Origin: an uncultured Clostridia bacterium
GTDB lineage: Bacteria; Bacillota; Clostridia; Lachnospirales; CAG-274
NCBI GenBank assembly: GCA_944384215.1
Contig: CALWSN010000034.1
Span: 1 to 63,848 of the forward strand
Length of the DNA stretch: 63,848 nucleotides
Reading direction: 5' to 3'
Part shown: one piece after another, positions 28,615 through 38,808 of the stretch
How positions within the stretch are numbered: the stretch's first letter is position 1
Layout: every line of letters starts with the position of its first letter
Notes under the pieces: generated by a model
The model's database searches: none
Told to the model about the DNA's origin: nothing
What the model saw: the letters and a program-made list of their open reading frames with translations, nothing else
Position numbers and translations under genes: made by a program

Positions 28615-29397
28615 CTATTTAGATAATGCTGCTATACCTAATGTTTTTTCTACAATAAACATTATAATAATAGTAGCTAACATAAGTAATACAGATACAG
28701 CAGATACTGTTGGGTCATAATAATATTCTATATAGTTCATTAAGGTCATAGGAAATGTAGTAACCCCTGGCCCACTTAAAAACATAGATATTGGTATATT
28801 GTTAAAAGAATTTATAAATGCCAACATAAAAGCTGCAGATATACCAGATGTAATATTAGGTAATACTACTTTAAAAAAACTTTTAACTTTATTACAACCT
28901 AAGCTCCAAGCTGCCTCTTCTATAGAGAAATCAAATTGCTCTAAGCTAGAGCCAACCACTCGTATAATATAAGGTAACACAGATAAAAAGTGTCCTAATA
29001 ATAAGCCATAAAAAACAGGTATTCTAAGCTTAATAACCATATATTGAAAAAGAGAAAACCCTACAACTATACCAGGTATAATAGTTGGTGATAGAAAAAA
29101 GCCTTTAAAAAATCTTTTCCCTTTAAAAGAATACCTAGCTATAGCATAAGCTGCTGGTATGCCTACTAATAAAGCTAATAACGTTGCAAGCAAAGCTATT
29201 TGTATGCTTAAACCAAAAGAGGACATAAAAGATTCTGAGGCAAATACATTTGCAAACCATTTTAAAGAAACAGATTTTATAGGAAAAGTTATGGTACTTT
29301 CTTCTCCAAAGGCTGTTACTGCTATAATCACTAATGGTATAAATAAAAATAAAAATACACATATAGAAAAAATAGTAAGTAATTTATTTTTACGCAT
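28615..29397 (-). CDS. ABC transporter permease (PotC-like)
   Basis: SLKWF, EEAAWSLG EAA loop, six TM pattern. Confidence 0.92.
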   Translation of the reverse strand: MRKNKLLTIFSICVFLFLFIPLVIIAVTAFGEESTITFPIKSVSLKWFANVFASESFMSSFGLSIQIALLATLLALLVGIPAAYAIARYSFKGKRFFKGFFLSPTIIPGIVVGFSLFQYMVIKLRIPVFYGLLLGHFLSVLPYIIRVVGSSLEQFDFSIEEAAWSLGCNKVKSFFKVVLPNITSGISAAFMLAFINSFNNIPISMFLSGPGVTTFPMTLMNYIEYYYDPTVSAVSVLLMLATIIIMFIVEKTLGIAALSK

Positions 29398-30221
29398 TAA
29401 TTTTCACCTCTCTTATCTAATCTTGATGCTACTGTATTTAATATTTTAATAACTAGCACTGTTATAATAATCATTATTGCAGCTATTACACTAGCTCCTG
29501 TCCAATCGTTAATAGCCATAGCTCTTTGATATATAAAGGTAGCTAAAACTAAATTATTACCACCTAATAATTGAGGTGTTGTATATGCTGTTAAAGCTCC
29601 TGTAAATACTAATACACTACCTACAATAATACCAGGTAAGCTCATAGGCAAAATAACCTTTAAAAATGCAGTTATACGATTGGCTCCTAAGCTTTCTGCT
29701 GCTTCCATCATATCATTATCAATATTTTCCATAACTCCTACTACGGTTATTATCATTAAAGGTAAAAATAAATATATTGTACCTATAATAATAGAAAATT
29801 CTGTATATAATAGTGTTAAAGGTTCTGTTATTAAGCCTAATTTTAATAATAAAGTATTAATAACACCGTTTTTACCTAAAATATTAATCCAAGCAAAGCT
29901 TCTAACAACAGAATTTGTTAATAATGGGAAAATAGATATAGAAATAAGTAAACTACGCCATTTTTTATCACATCTTGATATGTAATATGCAGTAGGTGTA
30001 CCTAAAAACACACACACTATTGTACTAATTATAGAAATTTTTAATGTTCTTATTAGAATAGTAAGATAGTACTCATCTTTAAAAAACTCTACATATCTAG
30101 ATAAAGTAAAACCATCTTCATATACAGTAGGAAATAAAGTGTTAAAAAGTGGTATAACAAGAAAAAATATTAGTAGTATCAATCCTGGTAACAATAATAA
30201 CCAATATAGCTTGTTTTTCAT
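29397..30221 (-). CDS. ABC transporter permease (PotB-like)
   Basis: VVRSFAW, EAAESLGA, PQLLGG; start moved to ATG 30221 (MKNKLY) behind AAGGAGG. Confidence 0.92.
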   Translation of the reverse strand: MKNKLYWLLLLPGLILLIFFLVIPLFNTLFPTVYEDGFTLSRYVEFFKDEYYLTILIRTLKISIISTIVCVFLGTPTAYYISRCDKKWRSLLISISIFPLLTNSVVRSFAWINILGKNGVINTLLLKLGLITEPLTLLYTEFSIIIGTIYLFLPLMIITVVGVMENIDNDMMEAAESLGANRITAFLKVILPMSLPGIIVGSVLVFTGALTAYTTPQLLGGNNLVLATFIYQRAMAINDWTGASVIAAIMIIITVLVIKILNTVASRLDKRGEN

Positions 30222-30625
30222 AATGCCCTCCTTAAAAATTATGAATATATACTTTTGAACAATAGGATACATTTCTATTTTTATCCTTTGAAATTATAAC
30301 ATAGGACATATTAATTAGCAATAATTTTATGCACATTTTACAATTTTATAAATAAATTATATAATTATAGTGTAGTTTTTTTATCAAATATATTTTTTAG
30401 ACAAAATAGTATATGAAAATTTTTGGTTTTTTAACATATTTATCAATTTTTTTACATTTGTTTTATTATGTTTTTTATTATGGAAGTTATTTTTTAACAA
30501 AAAGTATAAATTATATAGCTAATCTTTTATATTTATTAATTTTATCAATATACTATTTTTCTCTTGTTTTATATATAGTAATTTGCTATACTATAAATAA
30601 TATATCATTATAGAAAGGATTTATT

Positions 30626-31531
30626 ATGTGTTTAGATTTTAAACCTATATCTGAAAAAGATATAGAAACAATATCATATTATTTTAAATTAAGAAGTAAC
30701 AAAACTTGTGATAGCGTTTTTCTAGATGTCTATCTTTGGAAAGATTTTTATAACGTTAAATTTGCTATATGGGATAATAAGGCTTTGCTTATAACTATGG
30801 TTATTGATGGAGAAGATTATTGTGCCCTTCCTCTTTGTAAAGAAGAAGATATAAAAGATGCTTTTAATGTTTTGATAGATTATTTTAATAACACTTTAAA
30901 TAAAAAACTAAAAGTTTATTTAGCAGATGAAGAAGGCTTAAAAGCATTAAATTTAGATGAAAATTTATTTGATATAAAAGATATTGATGATGCTAAAGAT
31001 TATTTATATCTAGCGGAATCTTTAAAAACTCTTTCTGGTAAAAAACTTAGAAAGAAAAAAAATCATATAAACGCTTTTTTAAGAGAAAATGAAAATAATT
31101 TTTATTATAAAACACTTTGTTGTCAAGCTAGTGATACAATATTAGAATTTTTAGATAGATGGCGTGATAATAAAGGTGATGATGCAGAAGAACATTTAGA
31201 TGGAGAATTAGAAGGTATTAATGATATACTAAAAAACTGTAAAGCTTTAAATGTAACAATGGCTGGTATTTTTGTAAATAACAAATTAGAAGCATTTACA
31301 ATTGGTAGCTACAACGAGCTTGAAAAAATGGCTATTATACACATTGAAAAAGCTAACCCTAATATTAGAGGTTTATATCCTTATATAAACCAGCAATTTA
31401 TAATAAATGCTTTTCCTGATGCTTATCTTGTAAATAGAGAAGATGATTTAGGCTTAGAAGGTCTTAGAAAAGCAAAACTATCCTACGAACCTATTGGTTA
31501 TGCTAAAAAATATAGAGTTATACAATTATAA
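30626..31531 (+). CDS. Stand-alone DUF2156 (aminoacyl-phosphatidylglycerol synthase catalytic-like) protein
   Basis: DYLY...LSGKKLRKKKNHIN, HIEKA, GLYPYINQ, NREDDLGLEGLRKAKLSYEP; no membrane domain. Confidence 0.88.
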   Translation: MCLDFKPISEKDIETISYYFKLRSNKTCDSVFLDVYLWKDFYNVKFAIWDNKALLITMVIDGEDYCALPLCKEEDIKDAFNVLIDYFNNTLNKKLKVYLADEEGLKALNLDENLFDIKDIDDAKDYLYLAESLKTLSGKKLRKKKNHINAFLRENENNFYYKTLCCQASDTILEFLDRWRDNKGDDAEEHLDGELEGINDILKNCKALNVTMAGIFVNNKLEAFTIGSYNELEKMAIIHIEKANPNIRGLYPYINQQFIINAFPDAYLVNREDDLGLEGLRKAKLSYEPIGYAKKYRVIQL

Positions 31532-31543
31532 GGTGGTGATATC

Positions 31544-32563
31544 TTGATTAGATATTTATCAAATAACGAAAAAAACATTACTAGAAAAATATGGGAAGAT
31601 GTTTTTAAAGAAGATACTAAAGAATTTTTAGATTATTATTATAATAATAAAAATATGGATAATAAAATATTATGTAAATTTATAGATAATAAAATAGCCT
31701 CTATGTTACACTTAAATCCATATAAAATGACTATAAACAACAATGATTATTGTTCTTATTATATAGTTGCTGTTGCTACCCTACCAGAACATAGAAAAAA
31801 AGGTTATATGGCAGAGCTTTTAAATAAATCTTTAAATGATATGTATAAAGAAAAAGTACCTTTTACATTTTTACGCCCTGCTAAAAAAGAAATATATCTA
31901 CCTTTTGATTTTGAATATATATATAATCATAGCTATTTACAGTTAAATAATTCTAATTTAAAAGAAATAGAAATATGTGAAAATGACTATACAAATATAG
32001 CAAATTTTACAAATGAATTTTTACAAAAAAGATATAATACTTTTTGCAAAAGAGATAATAATTATATTAACATTTTACATAAAGAAGTTAAAAGTGAAAA
32101 TGGAAATATAATTAAACTTTTTGATAATGATAATTTTATAGGTTATTATGTTTATTGGGGTGTAAAAGAAAAAGTTACAAGAGCTTTATTTGTAGATGAA
32201 CAGTTTACAAGTATAAAAGAAATAAAACCTTTAGTTATGGCTAGAATTGTAAATTTATATGAATTTTTTAAGAATTTTTCAACAAAAGATAAAAATAATA
32301 AAACTTGTATATACTTAAATATAAAAGATAGCATTATTATAGAAAATAACGGTTTATTTAAGCTTACTATAAATGATAATAGCTCTTTTTTAGAAAAAAT
32401 AGAAACTACTAATGAAGCTGTTTTAAATGTAAATATTCAAGATTTATTAAGCATTTTCTTTGGATATAAAGACATTCAATTATTCACAAAAAATGAAAAT
32501 ATTTTAAAAAGTTTTTATAGTATAAATTTTTTAGATAAAGTTTTTATAGATGAAGAAGTATAA
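31544..32563 (+). CDS. Eis-like GNAT acetyltransferase with C-terminal SCP2-like domain
   Basis: YIVAVATLPEHRKKGYM, FLRPA...Y..FDF, MARIVN, IKDSIIIENNG; TTG start behind AAGGTGG. Confidence 0.85.
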   Translation: MIRYLSNNEKNITRKIWEDVFKEDTKEFLDYYYNNKNMDNKILCKFIDNKIASMLHLNPYKMTINNNDYCSYYIVAVATLPEHRKKGYMAELLNKSLNDMYKEKVPFTFLRPAKKEIYLPFDFEYIYNHSYLQLNNSNLKEIEICENDYTNIANFTNEFLQKRYNTFCKRDNNYINILHKEVKSENGNIIKLFDNDNFIGYYVYWGVKEKVTRALFVDEQFTSIKEIKPLVMARIVNLYEFFKNFSTKDKNNKTCIYLNIKDSIIIENNGLFKLTINDNSSFLEKIETTNEAVLNVNIQDLLSIFFGYKDIQLFTKNENILKSFYSINFLDKVFIDEEV

Positions 32564-32667
32564 ATTATTAAGCTATAGTTTAACTTAATTAAAAATTATG
32601 CCTTTGATTTTATAATCTTAGGCATTTTCTATAAAATAAAAATATCTTATTAGAAATTAGGTGTTTT

Positions 32668-35600
32668 ATGAATAAAATAAATTTTACACATTTACATGTA
32701 CATACTGAGTATAGTTTACTTGACGGCTCTTCTAAAATAAAAGAGCTTGTTAAAGAAGTAAAAGAACTGGGTATGGACTCTATTGCTATAACAGACCACG
32801 GTGTTATGTATGGTGCTATTGATTTTTATAAAGAAGCTTTAAAGGTTGGCATAAAGCCTATTATTGGGTGTGAAGTATATGTAGCCTCTGGTTCTCGCTT
32901 TGATAAATCATATTCTAAACAAAATACATATTATCATTTAGTTTTATTAGCAGAAAATAACGAAGGCTATGAAAATCTTATTAAGCTTGTATCTTTTGGT
33001 TTTACTGAAGGTTTTTATTATAAACCTAGGATAGACCTTGAAATATTAAGAAAATATAGTAAAGGTCTTATAGGCCTTAGTGCTTGTATGGGTGGTGCTG
33101 TTTCTAGAAGTATATTAACTCATTCTTATGAAAAAGCAAAAGAATTTGCGCTTATATACAACGATATATTTGGTCAAGATAACTTTTTCTTAGAGCTACA
33201 AGACCACGGTATAGAAAATCAAACTATTGTTAATCAAAATTTAATAAAATTAAGCAAAGAAACTGGTATACCTCTTGTTTGTACAAATGATATACATTAC
33301 ATAAAAGAAGAAGATGCAGAACCACACGATATATTATTATGTATACAAACTGGAAAAACTATTGAAGATGAAAATCGTATGCGTTATGAAGGTGGTCAAT
33401 ACTATTTAAAATCTCCAGAACAAATGTTACAAATTTTTCCTTATGCACCTGAAGCTTTAGAAAATACTTATAAAATAGCTAAAAGATGTAATGTTTCTTT
33501 TGAATTTAATAAATACAAACTACCTATATTTGATGTTCCAGATAATAAAGATGCTTTTTCGTATTTAAAAGAACTTTGTGAAAATGGCTTAAAGGAAAGA
33601 TATAAAAATATAACAGAAGATTTAATAAATAGGTTAAGTTATGAGCTTGGCACAATAAAGCAAATGGGCTTTGTAGATTATTTCTTAATAGTTTGGGATT
33701 TTATAAAATATGCTAAAGATAATAATATAATGGTAGGTCCTGGGCGTGGCTCTGCTGCTGGTAGCTTAGTATCTTACTGTTTAAAAATAACTGATATAGA
33801 CCCAATAGAATATAATCTTATTTTTGAGCGTTTTTTAAATCCAGAAAGAATTAGCATGCCTGATATAGATATAGATTTTTGTTATGAAAAACGTCAAGAT
33901 GTTATAAATTATGTTATAGAAAAATATGGTGCAGACCACGTTTCTCAAATAATAACCTTTGGTACTATGGCTGCAAGAAACGCTATAAGAGATGTAGGAC
34001 GAGCCTTAAATATACCTTATGCTGATGTAGATAGAATAGCCAAAATGATACCTATGGAGCTAAAAATAACTATATCTAAAGCTTTAGTTCAAAACCCGGA
34101 GTTATTAGAAGAATATAATAATAACCCTCAGGTAAAACATCTTATAGATATGTCTTTAAAGCTTGAAGGTTTACCAAGACACGCATCTACCCACGCAGCA
34201 GGTGTTGTTATATGTGATAAACCAGTTATGGACTATGTCCCTCTTAACACAAATGATGGAGTTATTACTACCCAATTTCCTATGACAACATTAGAAGAGT
34301 TAGGGCTTTTAAAAATGGACTTTTTAGGCCTTAGAACTCTAACAGTTATTCAAGATGCTTTTAACGAAATAAATCGTATACACAATTTAAATATTAGTGA
34401 AAATGATATAGATTATAAAGATTCTAAAATATATGAGCTTATTTCAACAGGAAATACAGATGGTATATTTCAGCTTGAAAGTGCTGGTATGAAACAGTTT
34501 ATGAAAGATTTAAAACCAGAATCTATTGAAGATATTATAGCAGGTGTATCTCTTTACAGACCAGGACCTATGGACTTTATACCAAAATATGTAAAGGGTA
34601 AAAATACTAAAACAGAAATTAAATATACCCACCCTCTTTTAGAACCTATATTAAAAACTACTTATGGCTGTATAGTTTATCAAGAGCAAGTTATGCAAAT
34701 AGTACAAGAGCTAGCAGGATACACTCTTGGGCGAAGCGACCTTTTAAGACGTGCTATGGGTAAAAAGAAAACAGATGAAATGGAGCTTGAACGTAAAAAC
34801 TTTATATATGGTATAGAAGGTGAAGTTGATGGTTGTGTAAAAAGAGGTATTGATGAAAATATAGCAAATGAAATATTTAATGAAATGCAAGATTTTGCTA
34901 AATATGCTTTTAATAAATCTCACGCTGCAGCATATGCTGTTATAGCTTGTCAAACTGGTTGGTTAAAAGCTTACTATCCTGTGGAGTTTATGGCTGCCCT
35001 TTTAACAAGTGTTTCTGATAATGCAACAAAAATTTCTGAATATATAGCCGATATAAAAAGAATGAATATTGAGCTATTACCACCAGATATAAATGAAGGT
35101 TTTGACAAATTTAGTGTGTCTAATGGCAAAATAAGATTTAATCTTTCTGCTATAAAAAATGTTGGTAAATCTCTTATAAAAGCCTTAGTTATAGAACGTG
35201 AAAAAAATGGAAAGTTTAAATCTTTAAAAGATTTTCTAAAAAGATTAGATGGTGAGCTTAATTCTAGAGCTATTGAATGTTTAATAAAAGCAGGTGCTTT
35301 TGATTCTTTAGGTGGCAAACGTTCTCAATATCTTGCCGTTTATAAAAAATATTATGATAGCATTAATCAATTAAAAAAGACAACAATGCAAGGTCAGCTT
35401 GACCTTTTTTCTACTAATGCTTCTAATAGCGAAGATAATATAGATAAAGACACCTTACCTAATATACCAGAGCTTACAAAAAAAGAAATTTTAGCTTTAG
35501 AAAAAGAAATATTAGGCATATATATAAGTGGTCACCCTTTAGATGAATTTAATGAAGCATTAAAAAATTTTACAAGTAACACAACTTTAGATTTTATAGA

Positions 35601-36120
35601 AAACGAAAATAATGAAATAGAAAATATAAAAGACAATCAAAAAGTTATTTTAGGTGGCTTAATAAATACTATTAACCTTAAATTTACTAAAACAAATAAA
35701 CAGATGGCTTTTTTAACATTAGAAGATATGTTTGGCACAATAGAAATCATTGTTTTTCCAGAAGTTTTTTCTAAATGCTATAAATATTTAAAAGAAGATA
35801 GTGTTATAATAGTAGAAGGTAAGGCAAGTATATCTGAAGACCAAAACCCTAAAATTATATGCTCTGATATAAAATCATATGAAATGATACAATATGCAAA
35901 TAAAACTCTTTGGATAAAGCTTCCTTCAAATTTTAACATTACTATAAAAGATATAGAAAAAACATTATTAGAAAACAAAGGTTTTACCCCTGTTATAGTT
36001 TATGATGAGGCTAAAAAAACTAAGTTTAATCTAAATAATAGTCATTGGGTAAATATAACTGATAACTTTATAAAACAATTAGAATGTATAGTAGGTCCTT
36101 CTTGTGTAGTAATAAAATAG
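32668..36120 (+). CDS. dnaE: DNA polymerase III alpha subunit
   Basis: HLHVHTEYSLLDG PHP, GRGSAAGS, FERFLNPER, PDIDID, KMDFLGL, YAFNKSH; dnaE-pfkA-pyk synteny. Confidence 0.98.
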   Translation: MNKINFTHLHVHTEYSLLDGSSKIKELVKEVKELGMDSIAITDHGVMYGAIDFYKEALKVGIKPIIGCEVYVASGSRFDKSYSKQNTYYHLVLLAENNEGYENLIKLVSFGFTEGFYYKPRIDLEILRKYSKGLIGLSACMGGAVSRSILTHSYEKAKEFALIYNDIFGQDNFFLELQDHGIENQTIVNQNLIKLSKETGIPLVCTNDIHYIKEEDAEPHDILLCIQTGKTIEDENRMRYEGGQYYLKSPEQMLQIFPYAPEALENTYKIAKRCNVSFEFNKYKLPIFDVPDNKDAFSYLKELCENGLKERYKNITEDLINRLSYELGTIKQMGFVDYFLIVWDFIKYAKDNNIMVGPGRGSAAGSLVSYCLKITDIDPIEYNLIFERFLNPERISMPDIDIDFCYEKRQDVINYVIEKYGADHVSQIITFGTMAARNAIRDVGRALNIPYADVDRIAKMIPMELKITISKALVQNPELLEEYNNNPQVKHLIDMSLKLEGLPRHASTHAAGVVICDKPVMDYVPLNTNDGVITTQFPMTTLEELGLLKMDFLGLRTLTVIQDAFNEINRIHNLNISENDIDYKDSKIYELISTGNTDGIFQLESAGMKQFMKDLKPESIEDIIAGVSLYRPGPMDFIPKYVKGKNTKTEIKYTHPLLEPILKTTYGCIVYQEQVMQIVQELAGYTLGRSDLLRRAMGKKKTDEMELERKNFIYGIEGEVDGCVKRGIDENIANEIFNEMQDFAKYAFNKSHAAAYAVIACQTGWLKAYYPVEFMAALLTSVSDNATKISEYIADIKRMNIELLPPDINEGFDKFSVSNGKIRFNLSAIKNVGKSLIKALVIEREKNGKFKSLKDFLKRLDGELNSRAIECLIKAGAFDSLGGKRSQYLAVYKKYYDSINQLKKTTMQGQLDLFSTNASNSEDNIDKDTLPNIPELTKKEILALEKEILGIYISGHPLDEFNEALKNFTSNTTLDFIENENNEIENIKDNQKVILGGLINTINLKFTKTNKQMAFLTLEDMFGTIEIIVFPEVFSKCYKYLKEDSVIIVEGKASISEDQNPKIICSDIKSYEMIQYANKTLWIKLPSNFNITIKDIEKTLLENKGFTPVIVYDEAKKTKFNLNNSHWVNITDNFIKQLECIVGPSCVVIK

Positions 36121-36171
36121 TTTATTTTTGTTAATTATATATTATATATTGGTAAAAAATAAATATAATAC

Positions 36172-36200
36172 TTGACATATTTATTATATTTATATAGAAT
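36172..36200 (+). promoter_or_regulatory. Sigma-A promoter for pfkA-pyk
   Basis: TTGACA-17-TAGAAT; a second candidate TTGACT-18-TAAAAT at 36263-36292. Confidence 0.65.
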
Positions 36201-36338
36201 ATTATGTATATATGTTATTTTTTTGTCAATTTCTATAATTTTAAAAATTTTTTAAAATAGTATTGACTAATATATACTTTTAATTGTAAAATTTATTTAA
36301 AGGTATTAAAAAATAAATCAATTAATTGAGGTGTTTTA

Positions 36339-37316
36339 ATGGATAATCAAATTAAAAAAATTGGGATATTAACAAGTGGTGGTGATGCACCTGGTATGAA
36401 TGCATCTATCCGTGCTGTTGTAAGAACTGCTCTTAAACATAATATAGAAGTAGTTGGCTTTATGCGTGGATATGAAGGTTTAATAAATAGTGATTATATA
36501 AACCTTGATAATAAAAGTGTTTCTGAAATAATGCAAAGAGGTGGCACTATCCTTTTATCTGCTCGTTGTAAAGAAATGATGACAGATGAAGGTAAACAAA
36601 AAGCTGTTAAAGTTTGTAAAGATTTAGGAATTGATGCTTTAGTTGTTATAGGTGGTGATGGCTCTTTAACTGGTGCATTACACTTATCTAAATTAGGCGT
36701 TAAAGTTATGGGTATACCTGGTACTATTGATTTAGATTTAGCTTGTTCAGAATATACTATTGGCTTTGATACTGCTGTAAACACTGCTATGGAAGCTATA
36801 AACAAAATAAGAGATACATCTTCTTCTCACGAACGTTGTACTATTATAGAAGTTATGGGTAGAAATTGTGGTGCTATAGCTTTATGGTGTGGTTTAATAA
36901 ATGGTGCTGAAGAAGTTTTAATACCTGAAAAACCAGACATTACAGAAGAAGAAGTTATCAATCTTATTGAAAATAATAGAAAAAATGGTAAAATAAGCAA
37001 TGTTATTATTTTAGCAGAAGGTTTTACAAAAGTTGAACCTCACGAATTTGCTAAAAAAATAGAAAAAACTACTGGTATAGAAACTAGAGCAACTGTATTA
37101 GGACATCTTCAAAGAGGTGGTTCTCCTACTGCTATTGATAGAATGCACGCATCTATGATGGGTTATAAAGCTGTTGAAGAGCTTTTAAAAGGTAATATTA
37201 ATAGAATTATGATTTATAAAAATGGTAACTATGCAGATATTGACCTTGAAGAAGGCTTAAAAGCTACTAGAACATATGATGATAGCTTATATCAAACAAT
37301 AAAAACATTTGCTTAA
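36339..37316 (+). CDS. pfkA: 6-phosphofructokinase
   Basis: TSGGDAPGMN, IGGDGS, PGTID, EVMGR, LGHLQRGG. Confidence 0.97.
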   Translation: MDNQIKKIGILTSGGDAPGMNASIRAVVRTALKHNIEVVGFMRGYEGLINSDYINLDNKSVSEIMQRGGTILLSARCKEMMTDEGKQKAVKVCKDLGIDALVVIGGDGSLTGALHLSKLGVKVMGIPGTIDLDLACSEYTIGFDTAVNTAMEAINKIRDTSSSHERCTIIEVMGRNCGAIALWCGLINGAEEVLIPEKPDITEEEVINLIENNRKNGKISNVIILAEGFTKVEPHEFAKKIEKTTGIETRATVLGHLQRGGSPTAIDRMHASMMGYKAVEELLKGNINRIMIYKNGNYADIDLEEGLKATRTYDDSLYQTIKTFA

Positions 37317-37342
37317 TATATATAAAAGGAGTATTTAAAATT

Positions 37343-38761
37343 ATGAGAAAAACTAAAATTATTGCTACATTAGGCCCTGTTAGTAATTCACCAGAAATGG
37401 TAAAAAAACTTATTGAAACTGGTATGAATGCTGTTCGTATCAACTTTTCTCACGGTAGCCACGAATCTCACGGCGAAACTATTAATACAGTGAAAAAAGT
37501 TAGAGAAGAATTAGGTATGCCTATTCCTCTTATCTTAGATACAAAAGGTCCAGAAATAAGAACTAAAGTTCTTAAAGAAGAACCTGTTAAGCTTGAAAAA
37601 GGTAATAAATTTATCCTTACTACTGATGATATAGAAGGCGATGCAACAAAAGTTTCTGTTACATACGAAGATTTCGCTAAAGACCTTCACGTTGGAGCAA
37701 CAGTTTTAATTGATGATGGTTTAATTGAGCTTAAAGTTTTAGAAATAAATGGTAATGATGTTGTTTGTGAGATTATAAACAGTGGTATGTTGGGCTCTAG
37801 AAAAGGTATTAACCTTCCTAACGTTTCTATCAAATTACCTGCTCTTACAGAAAAAGATATTGATGATATCAAATTTGGTGTAAAAATGGGCTTTGACTAC
37901 ATTGCTGCATCTTTCATTCGTTCTGCTTCTGACGTATTATCTATACGTAAAGTTTTAGAAGAAAACGGTGGTTCTGATATTAAAATTATATCTAAAATAG
38001 AAAACCGTGAAGGTGTTGATAACATTGATTCTATTTTAGAAGTTACTGATGGTATAATGGTTGCTCGTGGTGACCTTGGTGTAGAAATTCCTTTTGAAGA
38101 AGTACCTATTATCCAAAAACAATTAATTGATAAATGTAAAGCTAAAGGTAAATTAGTTGTTACTGCTACTCAAATGTTAGAATCTATGATTACTAACCCT
38201 CGTCCTACTAGAGCAGAAGCTAGTGACGTTGCTAATGCTATCTTTGATGGTACAGATGCTATTATGTTATCTGGTGAAACTGCAAAAGGTAGCTTCCCTG
38301 TTGAAGCAGTTAATGCTATGGTTAGAATAGCTACAAAAATTGAATCTTCTATTAACTATGTAGAAAAATTCTATAACAATGCTAGTGCTAAAACTACTAA
38401 CATTACAGATGCTATAAGCCATGCTACTTGTACAACTGCTAGCGACTTAAATGCTCCTTGTATTGTTGCTGTTACAAAATCTGGTCTTACTGTTAGAGAA
38501 GTTTCTAAATACAGACCACAATCTATTATTTTAGGTTTAACTCCTGATGAAAGAGTACAAAGACAATTAAATCTTACTTGGGGTTGCTACCCTTATTTAG
38601 TAAATATTGATAATATCTCTTCTGGAGATTTATTCCAAAATACAGCTAATATAGCTAATGAAAAAGGATTTGCTCAAAAAGGTGACGTAATTGTTACTGT
38701 TGGTGGTACTCCTATTGGTCAAACTGGTTCTACTAACACTTTAAAAGCACAAACTTTATAA
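37343..38761 (+). CDS. pyk: Pyruvate kinase
   Basis: RKTKIIATLGP, NFSHG, DTKGPEIR, MVARGDLG, TQMLESM, MLSGETA. Confidence 0.98.
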   Translation: MRKTKIIATLGPVSNSPEMVKKLIETGMNAVRINFSHGSHESHGETINTVKKVREELGMPIPLILDTKGPEIRTKVLKEEPVKLEKGNKFILTTDDIEGDATKVSVTYEDFAKDLHVGATVLIDDGLIELKVLEINGNDVVCEIINSGMLGSRKGINLPNVSIKLPALTEKDIDDIKFGVKMGFDYIAASFIRSASDVLSIRKVLEENGGSDIKIISKIENREGVDNIDSILEVTDGIMVARGDLGVEIPFEEVPIIQKQLIDKCKAKGKLVVTATQMLESMITNPRPTRAEASDVANAIFDGTDAIMLSGETAKGSFPVEAVNAMVRIATKIESSINYVEKFYNNASAKTTNITDAISHATCTTASDLNAPCIVAVTKSGLTVREVSKYRPQSIILGLTPDERVQRQLNLTWGCYPYLVNIDNISSGDLFQNTANIANEKGFAQKGDVIVTVGGTPIGQTGSTNTLKAQTL

Positions 38762-38768
38762 TAAATTT

Positions 38769-38808
38769 ATAAAAAAATAAAAGGCTTAATAGCCTTTTAT
38801 TTTTTTAT
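38769..38808. terminator. Bidirectional terminator pyk/tdk (18-bp arms)
   Basis: ataaaaaaataaaaggct-taat-agccttttatttttttat. Confidence 0.85.

Noticed and set aside
30413-30613. 66-aa hydrophobic ORF
   Set aside because: No RBS; composition reflects AT-rich promoter DNA between divergent operons
30222-30625. Purine riboswitch upstream of the adenine deaminase operon
   Set aside because: No purine aptamer core (UAUAA...AUAUGG...GUUUCUAC...CCGUAAA) on either strand, and the leader after the predicted -10 is too short
32668-36120. Intein or intron in dnaE or nrdD
   Set aside because: Protein lengths are typical, motifs are contiguous, and no intein splice-junction motifs or insertions are apparent
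36121-36338. Rex/CcpA box or dif site upstream of pfkA
   Set aside because: Only half-site matches (TTGTTAA) in AT-rich DNA; no full palindrome or XerC/D arm pair
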